50,866 bases of DNA from a virus (Duplodnaviria > Caudoviricetes). The notes below the pieces were generated by a model. The model ran no database searches, was not told the origin of the DNA, and saw only the letters and a program-made list of their open reading frames with translations. Made by a program: the position numbers and the translations under genes. Location: IMG/VR virus record IMGVR_UViG_3300021057_000014, positions 1 to 50,866 of that record; one strand, 5' to 3'. This document shows positions 1 through 9,409 of the stretch, piece by piece. The stretch's first letter is position 1. Every line of letters starts with the position of its first letter.

Positions 1-141
1 AACGGATGGTCCGTCCGCGCGCGCGGCGAAGAGGAGCTTCCCCGCTCGCGTGAAAAGGCTCGTCCCTGCGCGGGTGTTGGCCGTCGTCCCGCCCGGACGA
101 AAGAGCCAGTGAATCCCCGAGGAGCCGCTGGCGATGGCTTT
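1..141. repeat. Terminal direct repeat (copy 1); contig circularity overlap
   Basis: 1-141 matches 50724-50866 except for one extra GC dinucleotide in the (GC)n run of the end copy. Confidence 0.95.
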
Positions 142-405
142 GAAGGCCGCCGTCGTAAGCGCGTCGGAGTCGGGATAGCGAAGGACGCACTTGAAGACCA
201 CGCGCTCCCCGCCGTAGATGACGTCGGTATAGGTGCTCATCTCTTCCGCCCAGATGGGCCGGAGGACGGGCTGGGGGATGAACTCCTTATCCCGCGCCAT
301 CCCGAGGTACGTCCCCCCGTAGGCGGGCGGGTTCCCGAGATCGGTCGGGTTCCAGATGAGGTCCCCCGGTACGCGGAGGATGCTGGACGCAGAAGGCGCA
401 GCCAT
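1..405 (-). CDS. 5' part of a gene spanning the contig join (~187 aa, MAAPSASSILRVPG...); putative tail tube/major tail protein
   Basis: ATG at 405 overlaps the TGA of the upstream gene. The frame stays open through the join (using the end copy of the repeat) to TAA at 50567. It lies after the gpG-like gene and before the tail genes. Confidence 0.6.
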   Translation of the reverse strand, partial: MAAPSASSILRVPGDLIWNPTDLGNPPAYGGTYLGMARDKEFIPQPVLRPIWAEEMSTYTDVIYGGERVVFKCVLRYPDSDALTTAAFKAIASGSSGIHWLFRPGGTTANTRAGTSLFTRAGKLLFAARADGPSV

Positions 406-1058
406 CAGCGCACCATCCCGGTGAAGAACTCTTCCGTGCGGGCCTGGAGGTCGTGCTCCAGCTCCCGCGTCATGCCGATGAAAGGCCGCGCGATGACGGA
501 CTGCTCCCAGACGTCGCGCTTGAGGAGAGGCCGGATCTTCCGCTCGTACTCCGAGCGCGGGGTCTTGACCTTGGCCGACGCGCGGGACGCGCGCGGCTTC
601 CCCTTCCCGTCGTAGAGCCACTCCCGCATCCGGCGCTTCACGTCCTCGCCGTAGCGGATGGAGGTCTGCCCGCCGTACTGCTGGAGCCCGGCGTAGGGCT
701 TGGTCGAGCCCACCTCGAACGACGTGGGGCCGGTCACGCGGGCGCTGATCGACCCCCAGAGACCGCCGCGCAAGCCGAGATCGACGTTCGCCGGGCGGTC
801 CTGGAAGCGGTGGGGCTTCGGAGCCGCGCGCCCCGCCTTCCAGTCCATGAGGGCTCCCGCGATGTTGAGCTTGGGGGGCGCTTGCCCCGGATAGCGCGCG
901 GGCCAGCGTTCGTCTCCGAGGCGCTGGAGTTCAAAGGCTTTCTGGGAGTACGAGACGACCTGGGCTCCGAGCTGCTTCATCAGGCGCTCGGGACGGACGA
1001 TCTCGGCGGCAATCTTGCCGAGATCCTCGGGCTTGACCTTCACCGTAAAAGACGCCAC
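405..1058 (-). CDS. Phage virion morphogenesis protein (Mu gpG / tail completion-like)
   Basis: Motifs W-P-A-R, VGSTKPYAGLQQYGG and IARPFIG are typical of the family; gene context agrees. Confidence 0.8.
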   Translation of the reverse strand: MASFTVKVKPEDLGKIAAEIVRPERLMKQLGAQVVSYSQKAFELQRLGDERWPARYPGQAPPKLNIAGALMDWKAGRAAPKPHRFQDRPANVDLGLRGGLWGSISARVTGPTSFEVGSTKPYAGLQQYGGQTSIRYGEDVKRRMREWLYDGKGKPRASRASAKVKTPRSEYERKIRPLLKRDVWEQSVIARPFIGMTRELEHDLQARTEEFFTGMVR

Positions 1059-1080
1059 TTCTCCCCCTTGCTGGCGCTCG

Positions 1081-1515
1081 TTACGAGTTCGCCGTCGAGC
1101 CGCTCGCGCCGTCCGGGATATACCCTTCCATGTTCTTCCGGTCGCTGGCCGGGAGGTCCCCGGAGGTATCCTCGGTCGCCTCCAGGAGCGAATCCGTCGT
1201 CGGCATGATCCGGTCCCGGCTCGTGGTCTCCGAGAGCAACTGGAGGTCGTCCATGAACCGCTGCCAGAGTTCGTCCCCGCTCTGGCCGGTCATGACCAGG
1301 AGCCGCGCGTAGACTCCGGGAACTGCGGTTGCGACGTGGGTGGCGACGGTGTTGTCGTAGGTGATCCCGCGCTTCGTGAATTCCGCCGTCACGTCCGTAC
1401 AGGCGTAGGAAAGGCGGGTCGTGTCGATGGTCGTCGCCCCGGAGTTCTGAGGGTTCGAGGCGTTGACGAGGAGCTGCGTCGAGTAGCGGCCCTGGACCTC
1501 ATCCGTCAAAGCCAT
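1081..1515 (-). CDS. Head-tail adaptor (Mu gp36/DUF1320-like)
   Basis: 144 aa; N-terminal RY..QLLV...IDTTRL..A..D...E pattern; located upstream of the gpG-like gene. Confidence 0.55.
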   Translation of the reverse strand: MALTDEVQGRYSTQLLVNASNPQNSGATTIDTTRLSYACTDVTAEFTKRGITYDNTVATHVATAVPGVYARLLVMTGQSGDELWQRFMDDLQLLSETTSRDRIMPTTDSLLEATEDTSGDLPASDRKNMEGYIPDGASGSTANS

Positions 1516-1525
1516 CGATCACCGC

Positions 1526-1792
1526 CTAGAGCTTCTCCAGGCGCGCGAGTTCGGCGTTGCGCTCCGCGTCGGAAGGAACTTCCGAAAGCTTTCCCTGCGC
1601 GGTATGGGCTTCGATGACCTGGGCCACCTTCGCCGCGTCTGCCCCGTCCGGGGTCACGACCACGGCGCAGAGGGCGGGTTCGCCGTCCTTCCGGTGAGCG
1701 CCGCGCACCGTCACCACTGCCACGCCCGCCGCTTCGAGCGCCTCATGGAGCGCCGCCGTGCTGCACGCCTTGGATACGCGAAAAGTCTTCAT
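1526..1792 (-). CDS. Hypothetical protein
   Basis: 88-aa ORF tightly packed in the structural operon. Confidence 0.6.
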   Translation of the reverse strand: MKTFRVSKACSTAALHEALEAAGVAVVTVRGAHRKDGEPALCAVVVTPDGADAAKVAQVIEAHTAQGKLSEVPSDAERNAELARLEKL

Positions 1793-1795
1793 CGT

Positions 1796-2725
1796 TTACC
1801 CCCACACCTGGGCGCGAAGCATGGTCGCCATCGGGTCCGCTGCCGAGCCGCCGCGCGTGAGGTCGGCGGTATAGGTGCCCGTCCCAGCGCCCACGCGGAT
1901 CAGGAGTTCGAGGTAGTTGTAACCCTCGGTGAACACCTTCACGCGCCCGCAGGTCGCCACGCCGTTGATCCCCGCCCCGCTCTCCTTGTCCGTACCCACG
2001 GCGGCGTCGGTCGTCGCGTTTTCGCCGACGCCGACGTGATCGCGGTTGTTCGCCCCTGAGTTCGAGGCCATCGCCACGGCAACGTAATGCACGGCATCCT
2101 CGCCGTTGGAGATGAACTCCAGGCGCGAGCCCGTCCCGCTGTTGGCCTGGACGTAGGTCGTCGAGGTCGTCGTATAGGTCGTGAAGTTGTTCCCGTCCGT
2201 GTAACCGGGGCACGTCTCCAGGGACAGGAGGCGCTTGTTGTAATAGTTGATGACGCCGCGCTTGAGAACGCTATCGGTGAACTGCGTCGAGCTGTTGGTA
2301 TGCACGTACCCCACGAAGCGCCAATGGAGGGCATTCCCAGAAGTACCGAGGTACTTGATCCCGGCGTAGGTGCCGCTCGTGAGTGCAGTCGGGGCCGTCG
2401 TGGACGCCCGAAGATCCAAGGGAGCAAACGTCGCCTGGGAGTTCGAGGCGTACATGTAATAGAGCGTTGAGGCGCTCATCGCCGAGCCCGAGTTCGCGCC
2501 CGTCGAGCTGATGAGGTTGTCCGTCGAATCGCAGACGAGGCCGCTGCCGATCTCGACGTATTCGCCGTTCACGTCGATGTATCCGCCCATGTAGCGGGCG
2601 AGCGTGATCCGGGTTGCGGAGGTGCGCTCCATGCGCCCGCCCACCGCCCGCGCGGCGGTGAGGGACGCGAGAATCCCCGAGGCTTTGTTCGCGGTACTTC
2701 CCTGGGCGGCCTCGAAACCGGCCAT
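1796..2725 (-). CDS. Putative virion structural protein (head fibre/decoration-like, Ser/Thr/Gly-rich)
   Basis: 309 aa, S/T/G-rich beta-type composition; WRFVGYVHT motif; in the late operon. Confidence 0.55.
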   Translation of the reverse strand: MAGFEAAQGSTANKASGILASLTAARAVGGRMERTSATRITLARYMGGYIDVNGEYVEIGSGLVCDSTDNLISSTGANSGSAMSASTLYYMYASNSQATFAPLDLRASTTAPTALTSGTYAGIKYLGTSGNALHWRFVGYVHTNSSTQFTDSVLKRGVINYYNKRLLSLETCPGYTDGNNFTTYTTTSTTYVQANSGTGSRLEFISNGEDAVHYVAVAMASNSGANNRDHVGVGENATTDAAVGTDKESGAGINGVATCGRVKVFTEGYNYLELLIRVGAGTGTYTADLTRGGSAADPMATMLRAQVWG

Positions 2726-3057
2726 TAGAGGACCCCTCCCGAAATTTCATCGACCTGGAGAATGCGGATTACCCCGTTCGTCTCCACCTGGAAGTTGTAA
2801 GAGTTTGCCGCTGAGACGCCGAAGACGAAGGTATAGAGATCGCCCGCCTGGAGGGGGGCCGAGGAGTTGAGTCCGCAAATGAAGGTCGTCGAACTTTGGG
2901 TGATCGTGACGTTGACCACCGAGGCCGTCGCCAAGCAGATCGTCAGGCGGAACGCCCCGTCCATCGTGGGCGTCAGGCTCGACGAAAGGATGTTCGTATC
3001 TGCGCCGGGCGCGGACTGGTTGAACACCTTCGCGCGCGTGTTGTTGCCGTCAAGCAT
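2725..3057 (-). CDS. Putative virion structural protein
   Basis: 110 aa, AAGGA SD, coupled to the next gene. Confidence 0.6.
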   Translation of the reverse strand: MLDGNNTRAKVFNQSAPGADTNILSSSLTPTMDGAFRLTICLATASVVNVTITQSSTTFICGLNSSAPLQAGDLYTFVFGVSAANSYNFQVETNGVIRILQVDEISGGVL

Positions 3058-3066
3058 AGGCGGTCC

Positions 3067-4365
3067 TTACGGGTCAGCGAACGAGATCGAGCTTCCCAGG
3101 GAGTGCGGGAGGTAGCGGTTGAACGCCCGCCAGATCCAGCGTTGAATTTTCGAGTCGGTGGCGCTGTTGGCCCAGGTGAAGGAATCGTTCACCCGATGGG
3201 GCTTCCAGGTCGCCGTGGACGACGGGATCGCCCAGTACCAGGAGTTGTCAAACTGGGTGCCCTCGACCAGGAGCACGTCGTCGATCAGGAGGCTCCCCGA
3301 GGTGCGCGTCCACTGGATCTCGATGTCCATGTCGTCCTCGGCGAAGAGCCGATACCAACAGCTCTGCCCGAGGGTTCCCGGAACGGTCGTGACCACCCAT
3401 CCGGTCTGAGCGGCCACGCTGACCGAAGTGAATACCCCGCCCATGCGGAGGACGAGCGTCCCGGACGCCGACCCCACCGCGCGGTTCCAGGCCACCGCCA
3501 GGATGTAGGGGACGTCCGTCCGCAGCTTGGTCCCCTTGACGCTCAATTTCTGGGTGAGATTCGCCGACGCCTTGACGTTCAGGGCATAGCCCGTCGAGCC
3601 GTCCGAGGGGGCCAGCCGGAAGATGTTCGAGCTGTCGAAGCTGTAGTTCGTGCTGCTGACGGTGACGCTCGACGTCCAGCTTGAAATGCTCTCGGGACTC
3701 GAAGCCGATCCGCCGAAGCTCGTCCACGAAGCGTTGAGGAGGAGTGAGTCGTCGGCGGTCTTGGCCGTCAGGGTCGCTTCCGCGCCCGAGCCGCTCCGCT
3801 GGAGGTCGTCCCGCGCCGGGGTCTGGCCGACGAGCTGGAAGACCTCCGCGCCGCGCGCCGTGCCCGTCTGGTAATCCGCCACGCACAAGGCGCGCTTCGC
3901 ATCGATGTACTGATTCTCGATGTCGTAATTCCGGTCGTCCTTGTTGAGCCGGAGGATCTGGCCGTTTCCGTAGTTCGACCCGCCCGCCGAAGGCGAGCCA
4001 AACGAGAAGGCCCGCGACTGGACGCGGAGGCCGTTATCGACGAAGTAGCGGTACAACTCGTCGATCATGTCCTGGTCGCTGTCCACGTTCCCACGACCGA
4101 TGATCGTCTTGCAATACTGCTTGAGGAACGGGCGCTGAATGGACGCCGCGACGGAGGGGGACACGATCCCGGCGGCGAGGGACCGAATGCCCTGAGCCGC
4201 CGAGGTGATCTCGTCGGAGTAGTCGCTCTCGATGGCTTGATCGAGCGTGTCGAGGAGGCCGATCAGGTTGGAGGAGTTGACTTGGCCGTACTTCCGGCTC
4301 TCCTCCAGGATGTTGACCGCCGCCTTCCAGCCAGCCTCGATTTCGGCCCTACTCGGAGTTGCGAT
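3067..4365 (-). CDS. Putative virion structural protein (432 aa) with an apparent ATC start
   Basis: The frame of ORF 3067..4164 stays open for 67 more codons to ATC-GCA-ACT-CCG at 4365. AGGAG lies 10 nt upstream and an in-frame TAG just beyond it. Confidence 0.65.
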   Translation of the reverse strand: MATPSRAEIEAGWKAAVNILEESRKYGQVNSSNLIGLLDTLDQAIESDYSDEITSAAQGIRSLAAGIVSPSVAASIQRPFLKQYCKTIIGRGNVDSDQDMIDELYRYFVDNGLRVQSRAFSFGSPSAGGSNYGNGQILRLNKDDRNYDIENQYIDAKRALCVADYQTGTARGAEVFQLVGQTPARDDLQRSGSGAEATLTAKTADDSLLLNASWTSFGGSASSPESISSWTSSVTVSSTNYSFDSSNIFRLAPSDGSTGYALNVKASANLTQKLSVKGTKLRTDVPYILAVAWNRAVGSASGTLVLRMGGVFTSVSVAAQTGWVVTTVPGTLGQSCWYRLFAEDDMDIEIQWTRTSGSLLIDDVLLVEGTQFDNSWYWAIPSSTATWKPHRVNDSFTWANSATDSKIQRWIWRAFNRYLPHSLGSSISFADP

Positions 4366-4411
4366 GGACCTACCGCTCCTTTCGCCGGGCTATTCCCCGA
4401 AGGGGGAACAG

Positions 4412-4987
4412 CTATGCTCTCGTCACCGTCATGACCGGCGAGGGGAACTTGTCCATGCGGAACTGGCCGACCTCGCCCCACCTGAGCGGCGGCTTGTTTT
4501 CGTCCTCGCCGTAAGTGCCGGGAATGGTGAAGCTCTCCAGGGACGGCCACTGCTCCACGGAGTCGATCTTCACCATGAACACGTAAGCCCCGAGGGGCTT
4601 GGCCCCCTCCAGGGTCTCGTCCATCTTGATGTAGGGATTCGGCGCGCCCGCGCCGTCCTTGATCGCGCGGATCTTGCCGTTGGAGTCCACGACGTCGTAC
4701 TCCAGGCGGTTGAGGACGTCCTCGACCTCCTCGGCGGTCAGCTCCACCACCGCGCCCACGCGCGGGATCGAGTTGCGGCGTCCCGTGAAGGGGTCGATGC
4801 TCCCCCGCTCGGTGATCGCCGGGAACGTGCAGCCGCCCACGGAGACGTTCTGCCGAGGACCGCCAGGAATCGTCCCCACCCAGTAGAGGTCCCCCCGCTT
4901 GATCTCGACGGGCTTGTACTCCCGCTTGACCTCGCGGCGAACCTCTCCCTTTTCCGGTACGACGAGCTTCTCCTTCTCACCCTTCAT
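4412..4987 (-). CDS. Hypothetical protein downstream of the major capsid gene
   Basis: 191-aa ORF with GGGAG SD, in the operon. Confidence 0.7.
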   Translation of the reverse strand: MKGEKEKLVVPEKGEVRREVKREYKPVEIKRGDLYWVGTIPGGPRQNVSVGGCTFPAITERGSIDPFTGRRNSIPRVGAVVELTAEEVEDVLNRLEYDVVDSNGKIRAIKDGAGAPNPYIKMDETLEGAKPLGAYVFMVKIDSVEQWPSLESFTIPGTYGEDENKPPLRWGEVGQFRMDKFPSPVMTVTRA

Positions 4988-5005
4988 TGGCGCGCTCCCT
5001 TCACG

Positions 5006-6004
5006 TTAAGTCAGCTTGATCGTCGCGTAGGCCAGGGCCGAGCCGTACCCTTCACGGCTGCGGAACTGGAGGTACTTCTCGCCGGTGTCGCGCGTGTGGT
5101 CGCTCGTCTCCCAGTTGCCGAGCGCCTCGCTGAAGCCTTCCCGGACCTGCTGGAAGATGGGCTTCTTGTAGTCCGGGAGGCCGCGCAGGAAGAAGTACCG
5201 GCTGGTGTCCGTGATCCGCTGGCTCATGATCGGCTTGATCGAGAACCCGGCGGTCTTCAGCACGTTGTCGATGCCCGCCGCCGTCGAGGTGTCGGTCGTC
5301 GAGGTGCCCGCCTGATAGCCGAAGACGGCCATCGCGGTGAGCGCCTGATTCATAACGAGCGCCAGCTCCGGCGCGTAGATCACGGTCAGGTTCTTGGTCT
5401 GGTTCATGTTCCAGAGCGGCTGAGACTCCGTGTTCTGGAACTCGTTGTAGCGGCGGAACACGCTCATCGTGTCCGTGATGATCTGCTGCACCGTGGTCGT
5501 GCCGCTCTCGGTGACCTGATTCCCGCCGGACGAGCCGAAGCGGGTGGACGAGCTGTAGAGCGCCACGCCGTCCGCGCTGTTGGGCACGGTGGGCAGCAGG
5601 TTGGCGTCGGTCCCGGCCTGGATGAACTGGAAGAAGACGCGCTCGGCGAGCGTGCCCCAGTTCCCGCCCAGCTCACGCGCCTGGGCGTAGAGCGAGCCCG
5701 TCTGGTCGTCCTGCTCGTCGTTGTGGTGGTAGTAGATCCGGGCCGCCCAGTCGCGGTTGGTGACCGAGAACTGGACCGACTTCATGGCCTTGCTGGAGAT
5801 CACCGTCCCGCGATCCCAACGGACCGGGTACGGCGCGCTCTCCAGGAACGCATAGAACTCGGTGAGCTTGTCGGAGGTAACCCCGAGCCAGACGATTTCG
5901 CCCAAGTCGGGCTTCAGCGTCTCGTAGTTCTCCTTCCAAGCCCCAACGAACTCACTCTTGAGCCCCTGGGTAAGGAGCGCGCCAGACTGCACCGTGTTCG
6001 CCAT
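5006..6004 (-). CDS. Major capsid protein (Mu gpT-like)
   Basis: 332 aa; VTSDKLTEFYAFL..P..W.G, NRDW.A.I and DDQTG motifs of the Mu-like gpT family; AGGAG SD. Confidence 0.85.
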   Translation of the reverse strand: MANTVQSGALLTQGLKSEFVGAWKENYETLKPDLGEIVWLGVTSDKLTEFYAFLESAPYPVRWDRGTVISSKAMKSVQFSVTNRDWAARIYYHHNDEQDDQTGSLYAQARELGGNWGTLAERVFFQFIQAGTDANLLPTVPNSADGVALYSSSTRFGSSGGNQVTESGTTTVQQIITDTMSVFRRYNEFQNTESQPLWNMNQTKNLTVIYAPELALVMNQALTAMAVFGYQAGTSTTDTSTAAGIDNVLKTAGFSIKPIMSQRITDTSRYFFLRGLPDYKKPIFQQVREGFSEALGNWETSDHTRDTGEKYLQFRSREGYGSALAYATIKLT

Positions 6005-6043
6005 AGCCCAGTTCTCCTATGCCTTCTTCAGTTCAGGTCCGCG

Positions 6044-6532
6044 TTAGATCGCCAGCCACACGTCGCGCCCGTAGACGCGCACGTCGCAGGTCGTGGAGGT
6101 GTGCCAGTACTCGACATCCCCCATGCGGGTCGTGTTGTTCGAGGTCAGGGTCAGGTCGTTGTCGTTCGTGCCGAAGACCGCCTTGCCGACGTCGCTCTGC
6201 GCGGAAACGCCCGTGACCGTGTGCTGCACGAGGATGAATGCGCCCGTCTCGGCGGAAACCTCGGGGACCACGCTGGCCGAGGTGTCGCCGACCACGGTGT
6301 TCGAGGTGCTCTGGTTGAACGGGCTCCCGATGGCGAGGCCCAGCCATTCCAGGTTGGCGGTGTTCTCCCAGGGGATCGCATAGCCGCGCTTGGCGGTCGT
6401 GACGAACGACACGTTGGCGAGGCCGATGAACCCGCCGAGGTAGATGGTCACGCCGTTGGCGACCTTGTAGTTCTGAACGCGGCTGTTCAGAATGCGGACG
6501 CGCTTGTTGGTCGCGGCAGAGAGTGCAGCCAT
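6044..6532 (-). CDS. Capsid cement/decoration protein
   Basis: YKVANGVTIYLGG and DVGKAVF..DND.T motifs; between the scaffold and capsid genes. Confidence 0.7.
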   Translation of the reverse strand: MAALSAATNKRVRILNSRVQNYKVANGVTIYLGGFIGLANVSFVTTAKRGYAIPWENTANLEWLGLAIGSPFNQSTSNTVVGDTSASVVPEVSAETGAFILVQHTVTGVSAQSDVGKAVFGTNDNDLTLTSNNTTRMGDVEYWHTSTTCDVRVYGRDVWLAI

Positions 6533-6535
6533 GGA

Positions 6536-7942
6536 CTAGCTCCTTTTCCCGAGGATTTCAGGGACCCGGATGTTCAGGTGATCTTCAGCGGAGACCGTGA
6601 AGCCCTTGCTCGCGGCCTTGATGGCGTGCCACTCTTCCAGGGCCTTCTGAGCCGCCGCCAGCGCGTCCGGCCCCTTGGCCTGGAACTTCGCCAGCACCGG
6701 GCTCGTCGCCGCCACGCCAGCGTCGGTGGCCTCGAAGAGACCCTTCGGGGGGTCCTTCGCGCAGACCTCCTTCAGGGTCGCCACGACGTCGTTCAGGCGC
6801 GCCTCGCCTTCGCGGGCGGAACGGGCGATCTCGGCTTTCGCCTTCTCGCCGATCTGGTAGCCGCGCAGCTCGAAGAGGGCCTTCTCGGCGAGGGCCTTGG
6901 CCTTCGCCTCGGCCTCGCGCTCCCGCTCCTTCGCTTCCAGGGCCGCGATGCGGTCCTCCTGAGCGGCGAACTTGGCGGCCATCTTGGGGTCGGCGATGGC
7001 TTCCATCTTGGCGGGGGCGTTCGGGGCGGGCTGCTCGACCGGCCCGGCGGGCTTCTCGATGGCGTCCTGGTTCTGCATATTGTCTCCGTGCTGAATGCCC
7101 ATGAGTCGCGCCATGCGCGTGATCGTTTCTCCGTAGGCCGCGCAGTGCGCGCAGCATTTGCCGCTGAAAGCCCCGTCGTCCTTGGGAGCGGCCTTGGAAG
7201 CCTCGGGGGCCTCCTCCTTGCCCTCCTTGGCCTCAAAGGGGGCTTTCTTCTCGTCCCCGCCCTCCTCGGGGGCTTCGGGCTTCTCCTTGCCCTCGGGCTT
7301 CGCGCCCTTCTTCTCGTCCTCAGCGAAGGCCGCGACCTTCTGGAGCACCGCCTCGAACCGCGCGGACTCGTCCTTGACGGGCGGCTGCACGGTGAAGAGC
7401 GGGGCCTTGAAGTGAGGCGGCTTCGAGTCCAGGAAGGCGATGGACGAAATCTCGTTCGACTCCCAGATGATCTCGGGAGAGATGTACGGGAGTTCCCCCT
7501 GGAGCGCCCGAGCGAAAGCCGACGCCTTGAGCTTCACGTCGGCGTAGATCGCGTCCTGCTCGCGCGCTTCGATGAGCGCACGACCGACGCGCTTGGGGAG
7601 GACGAAGCCCAGGAACTCCGGGTCGGCCACTTCGAGGAGCTTCCCGTTGTGGCCCTTGTGCGCGGGGGAGACGTACTTCCCCTGCTGGTAGAGCGCCTGG
7701 GCGCGGTTCACGAACTCCTGGAGTTCGGCGGCCTTGTAGTCCTTGGGGGCGTCCTTCACGCCCTTCGGGATCTCGCCGCAGATCACGACGTCGCGGACGG
7801 TGACGTAGCCGTCCCCGGTGTCGAAGGCCGCGTAGTTCGCGCCGTCGATCTTGATGCTCTTGAGATCCGAGGCGTCCGGCGTGCCGTTGTAGAGGAAGGT
7901 CGCGCTCGGGCTACTTGCGCTTGCGGTCCGCGTTGTCATCAC
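6536..7942 (-). CDS. Prohead protease/scaffold (Mu gpI-like)
   Basis: N-terminal ...GH...YISPE...SIAFL...PP protease-like region; acidic, Ala-rich coiled-coil C-terminus; upstream of decoration and capsid genes. Confidence 0.75.
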   Translation of the reverse strand: MMTTRTASASSPSATFLYNGTPDASDLKSIKIDGANYAAFDTGDGYVTVRDVVICGEIPKGVKDAPKDYKAAELQEFVNRAQALYQQGKYVSPAHKGHNGKLLEVADPEFLGFVLPKRVGRALIEAREQDAIYADVKLKASAFARALQGELPYISPEIIWESNEISSIAFLDSKPPHFKAPLFTVQPPVKDESARFEAVLQKVAAFAEDEKKGAKPEGKEKPEAPEEGGDEKKAPFEAKEGKEEAPEASKAAPKDDGAFSGKCCAHCAAYGETITRMARLMGIQHGDNMQNQDAIEKPAGPVEQPAPNAPAKMEAIADPKMAAKFAAQEDRIAALEAKEREREAEAKAKALAEKALFELRGYQIGEKAKAEIARSAREGEARLNDVVATLKEVCAKDPPKGLFEATDAGVAATSPVLAKFQAKGPDALAAAQKALEEWHAIKAASKGFTVSAEDHLNIRVPEILGKRS

Positions 7943-8015
7943 GCATTGAATTTTCGCGTGATGCGGATGTGATAAGAACGGGTCGGCGGGGGCTTCCCGC
8001 AGGTGACGTCAGGTG

Positions 8016-8040
8016 AGGTCAAATGCTAGCAAATGCTAGC
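8016..8040 (-). promoter_or_regulatory. Tandem 10-bp repeat AAATGCTAGC x2 abutting a TTGACC (-35-like); putative RHH operator
   Basis: Exact repeat at 8021-8030 and 8031-8040, upstream of the protease gene and at the end of an RHH gene. Confidence 0.5.
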
Positions 8041-8203
8041 GCGGGGCTTTTCGGAGGTCTTTCCCGTCGAGGAACATCTCCAGGACCCGGTTGATGACCT
8101 TGTTCCGCGAGGAGAAGTTCGCTTCGACGTACTCCTTGAGGCGATAATAGACGCGGTTCTCCAGCCGCACGGTAATGTCGATTTGTTTCGAGTTCGCCGC
8201 CAT
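8036..8203 (-). CDS. Ribbon-helix-helix DNA-binding protein (55 aa)
   Basis: MAANSKQIDITVRLENRVYYRLKEYVEANFSSRNKVINRVLEMFL: alternating beta strand followed by two helices; GGAGG SD. Confidence 0.75.
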   Translation of the reverse strand: MAANSKQIDITVRLENRVYYRLKEYVEANFSSRNKVINRVLEMFLDGKDLRKAPR

Positions 8204-8216
8204 TCGAGCCCTCCTA

Positions 8217-9122
8217 CTACGCCGACAGAGCGAAATCAATCGTGCGCGTCCCGAATCCCGGATCGGGATACGCCGCCGCGAAGTTCGGCGGATAGTACGG
8301 CGTGACCGAGCCGCCCTGGATGAGCCCGCGCCGCGCAAGCTCATACTTCGAGACGAGACGGACGCCGCACCGGCAGTTGAAGCCGAGCGGAGCCGAGAAG
8401 CGCCGCCAGATCGGATCGCGCGCCGCCGCGACGAGCCCGTGAGCCGCCGCATGGTTCGGACGGGTCTGCGCGTCCCGGATGCCCATGAGTTCCACGGCGG
8501 GCATGACCTCCTGAACGTCCGGGTCCATCGCTTGCTGGAACCGCCCCGTGGAATAGGCGGTGTTGGCGTTCGTCTGGTAGACGGTGGCGGCGTAGGCTCG
8601 CGTCCAGTCCCGCACGTCTCCCATCGCCGCCGAGCGCCCGATATCGAGGATGGCATTCTCCACCTCACCCCAGCTTTTTCCCTCCGAGATGAGCTTGGCG
8701 GTCTCGTGCTGGACGCGCTCGGTGACTTTGAGGCTCGCGCTCCGCGCCATGGCAAAGACCCGCTCGGCGTTGTACAGGCGGCTCACCTCCTGGGCGCTCG
8801 CGGCCAAGCGCGGCTCGACGTCGAGGAGGCGATCTACCGCTTCGTCGAACTCCACGCCGGGGACGATGGGCGTCGTGTCCGGGAGGCCCGTAAAGCTCGC
8901 CCCCCGGCGCTTCGCCGCGTCCACTTCCATGAGGGCGCGCTTCCGCCCGTGGAGGTCGGCGAGAATCATCGTGTGCCCGATGAGACGCGCGAGGTCCTCC
9001 AGGGCCTCCCGCTCGGGGTACGGCCCCTTTTTGCTCATGACGACGACGTTAAGAAGCGCCTGGGCGAAGAGGCTCGCCTTCCGCGCGAGAAACCGATCCA
9101 GTTCTTCCGTAGCCGAAATCAT
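8217..9122 (-). CDS. Minor head protein (Mu gpF / SPP1 gp7-like)
   Basis: TVYQTN..TAYSTGR, D.QTRPNH and PLGFNCRC motifs. Confidence 0.9.
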   Translation of the reverse strand: MISATEELDRFLARKASLFAQALLNVVVMSKKGPYPEREALEDLARLIGHTMILADLHGRKRALMEVDAAKRRGASFTGLPDTTPIVPGVEFDEAVDRLLDVEPRLAASAQEVSRLYNAERVFAMARSASLKVTERVQHETAKLISEGKSWGEVENAILDIGRSAAMGDVRDWTRAYAATVYQTNANTAYSTGRFQQAMDPDVQEVMPAVELMGIRDAQTRPNHAAAHGLVAAARDPIWRRFSAPLGFNCRCGVRLVSKYELARRGLIQGGSVTPYYPPNFAAAYPDPGFGTRTIDFALSA

Positions 9123-9409
9123 GTCGGTATCCGTCCGTTGGCGACCACGATGTTCCCGCCGCTCCAGAGGCGCTCGGCCTTCTCGGCGATCTCCTCGGAG
9201 GGCTCGTACATGAGGACGATGGCCCGGAGGGCGCTTTCCGTCTCGTCGCCGCCCTTGGCGAGGGCCGCAATCGGGCACTTGAGGAGGCCCATCCCCTGCG
9301 GGGTCGCCACCACGCGGGTGATGCGCCGGATGCGGCTCTCGCACTGCTGCCAGACGGCCTCGCCGATCCCCTGCAAGACCCCGACCTTCCATTCCCACTT
9401 GTCGGCCAT
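9119..9409 (-). CDS. Hypothetical protein (96 aa)
   Basis: MADKWEWKVG...; overlaps neighbours at both ends. Confidence 0.65.
   Translation of the reverse strand: MADKWEWKVGVLQGIGEAVWQQCESRIRRITRVVATPQGMGLLKCPIAALAKGGDETESALRAIVLMYEPSEEIAEKAERLWSGGNIVVANGRIPT

Noticed and set aside
1-141. Biological terminal repeat or att site
   Set aside because: It falls mid-gene and its length fits an assembler k-mer overlap.
4247-7972. 1241-aa plus-strand ORF
   Set aside because: It is the antisense shadow of the capsid, decoration and protease genes in high-GC DNA, with no recognisable motifs.
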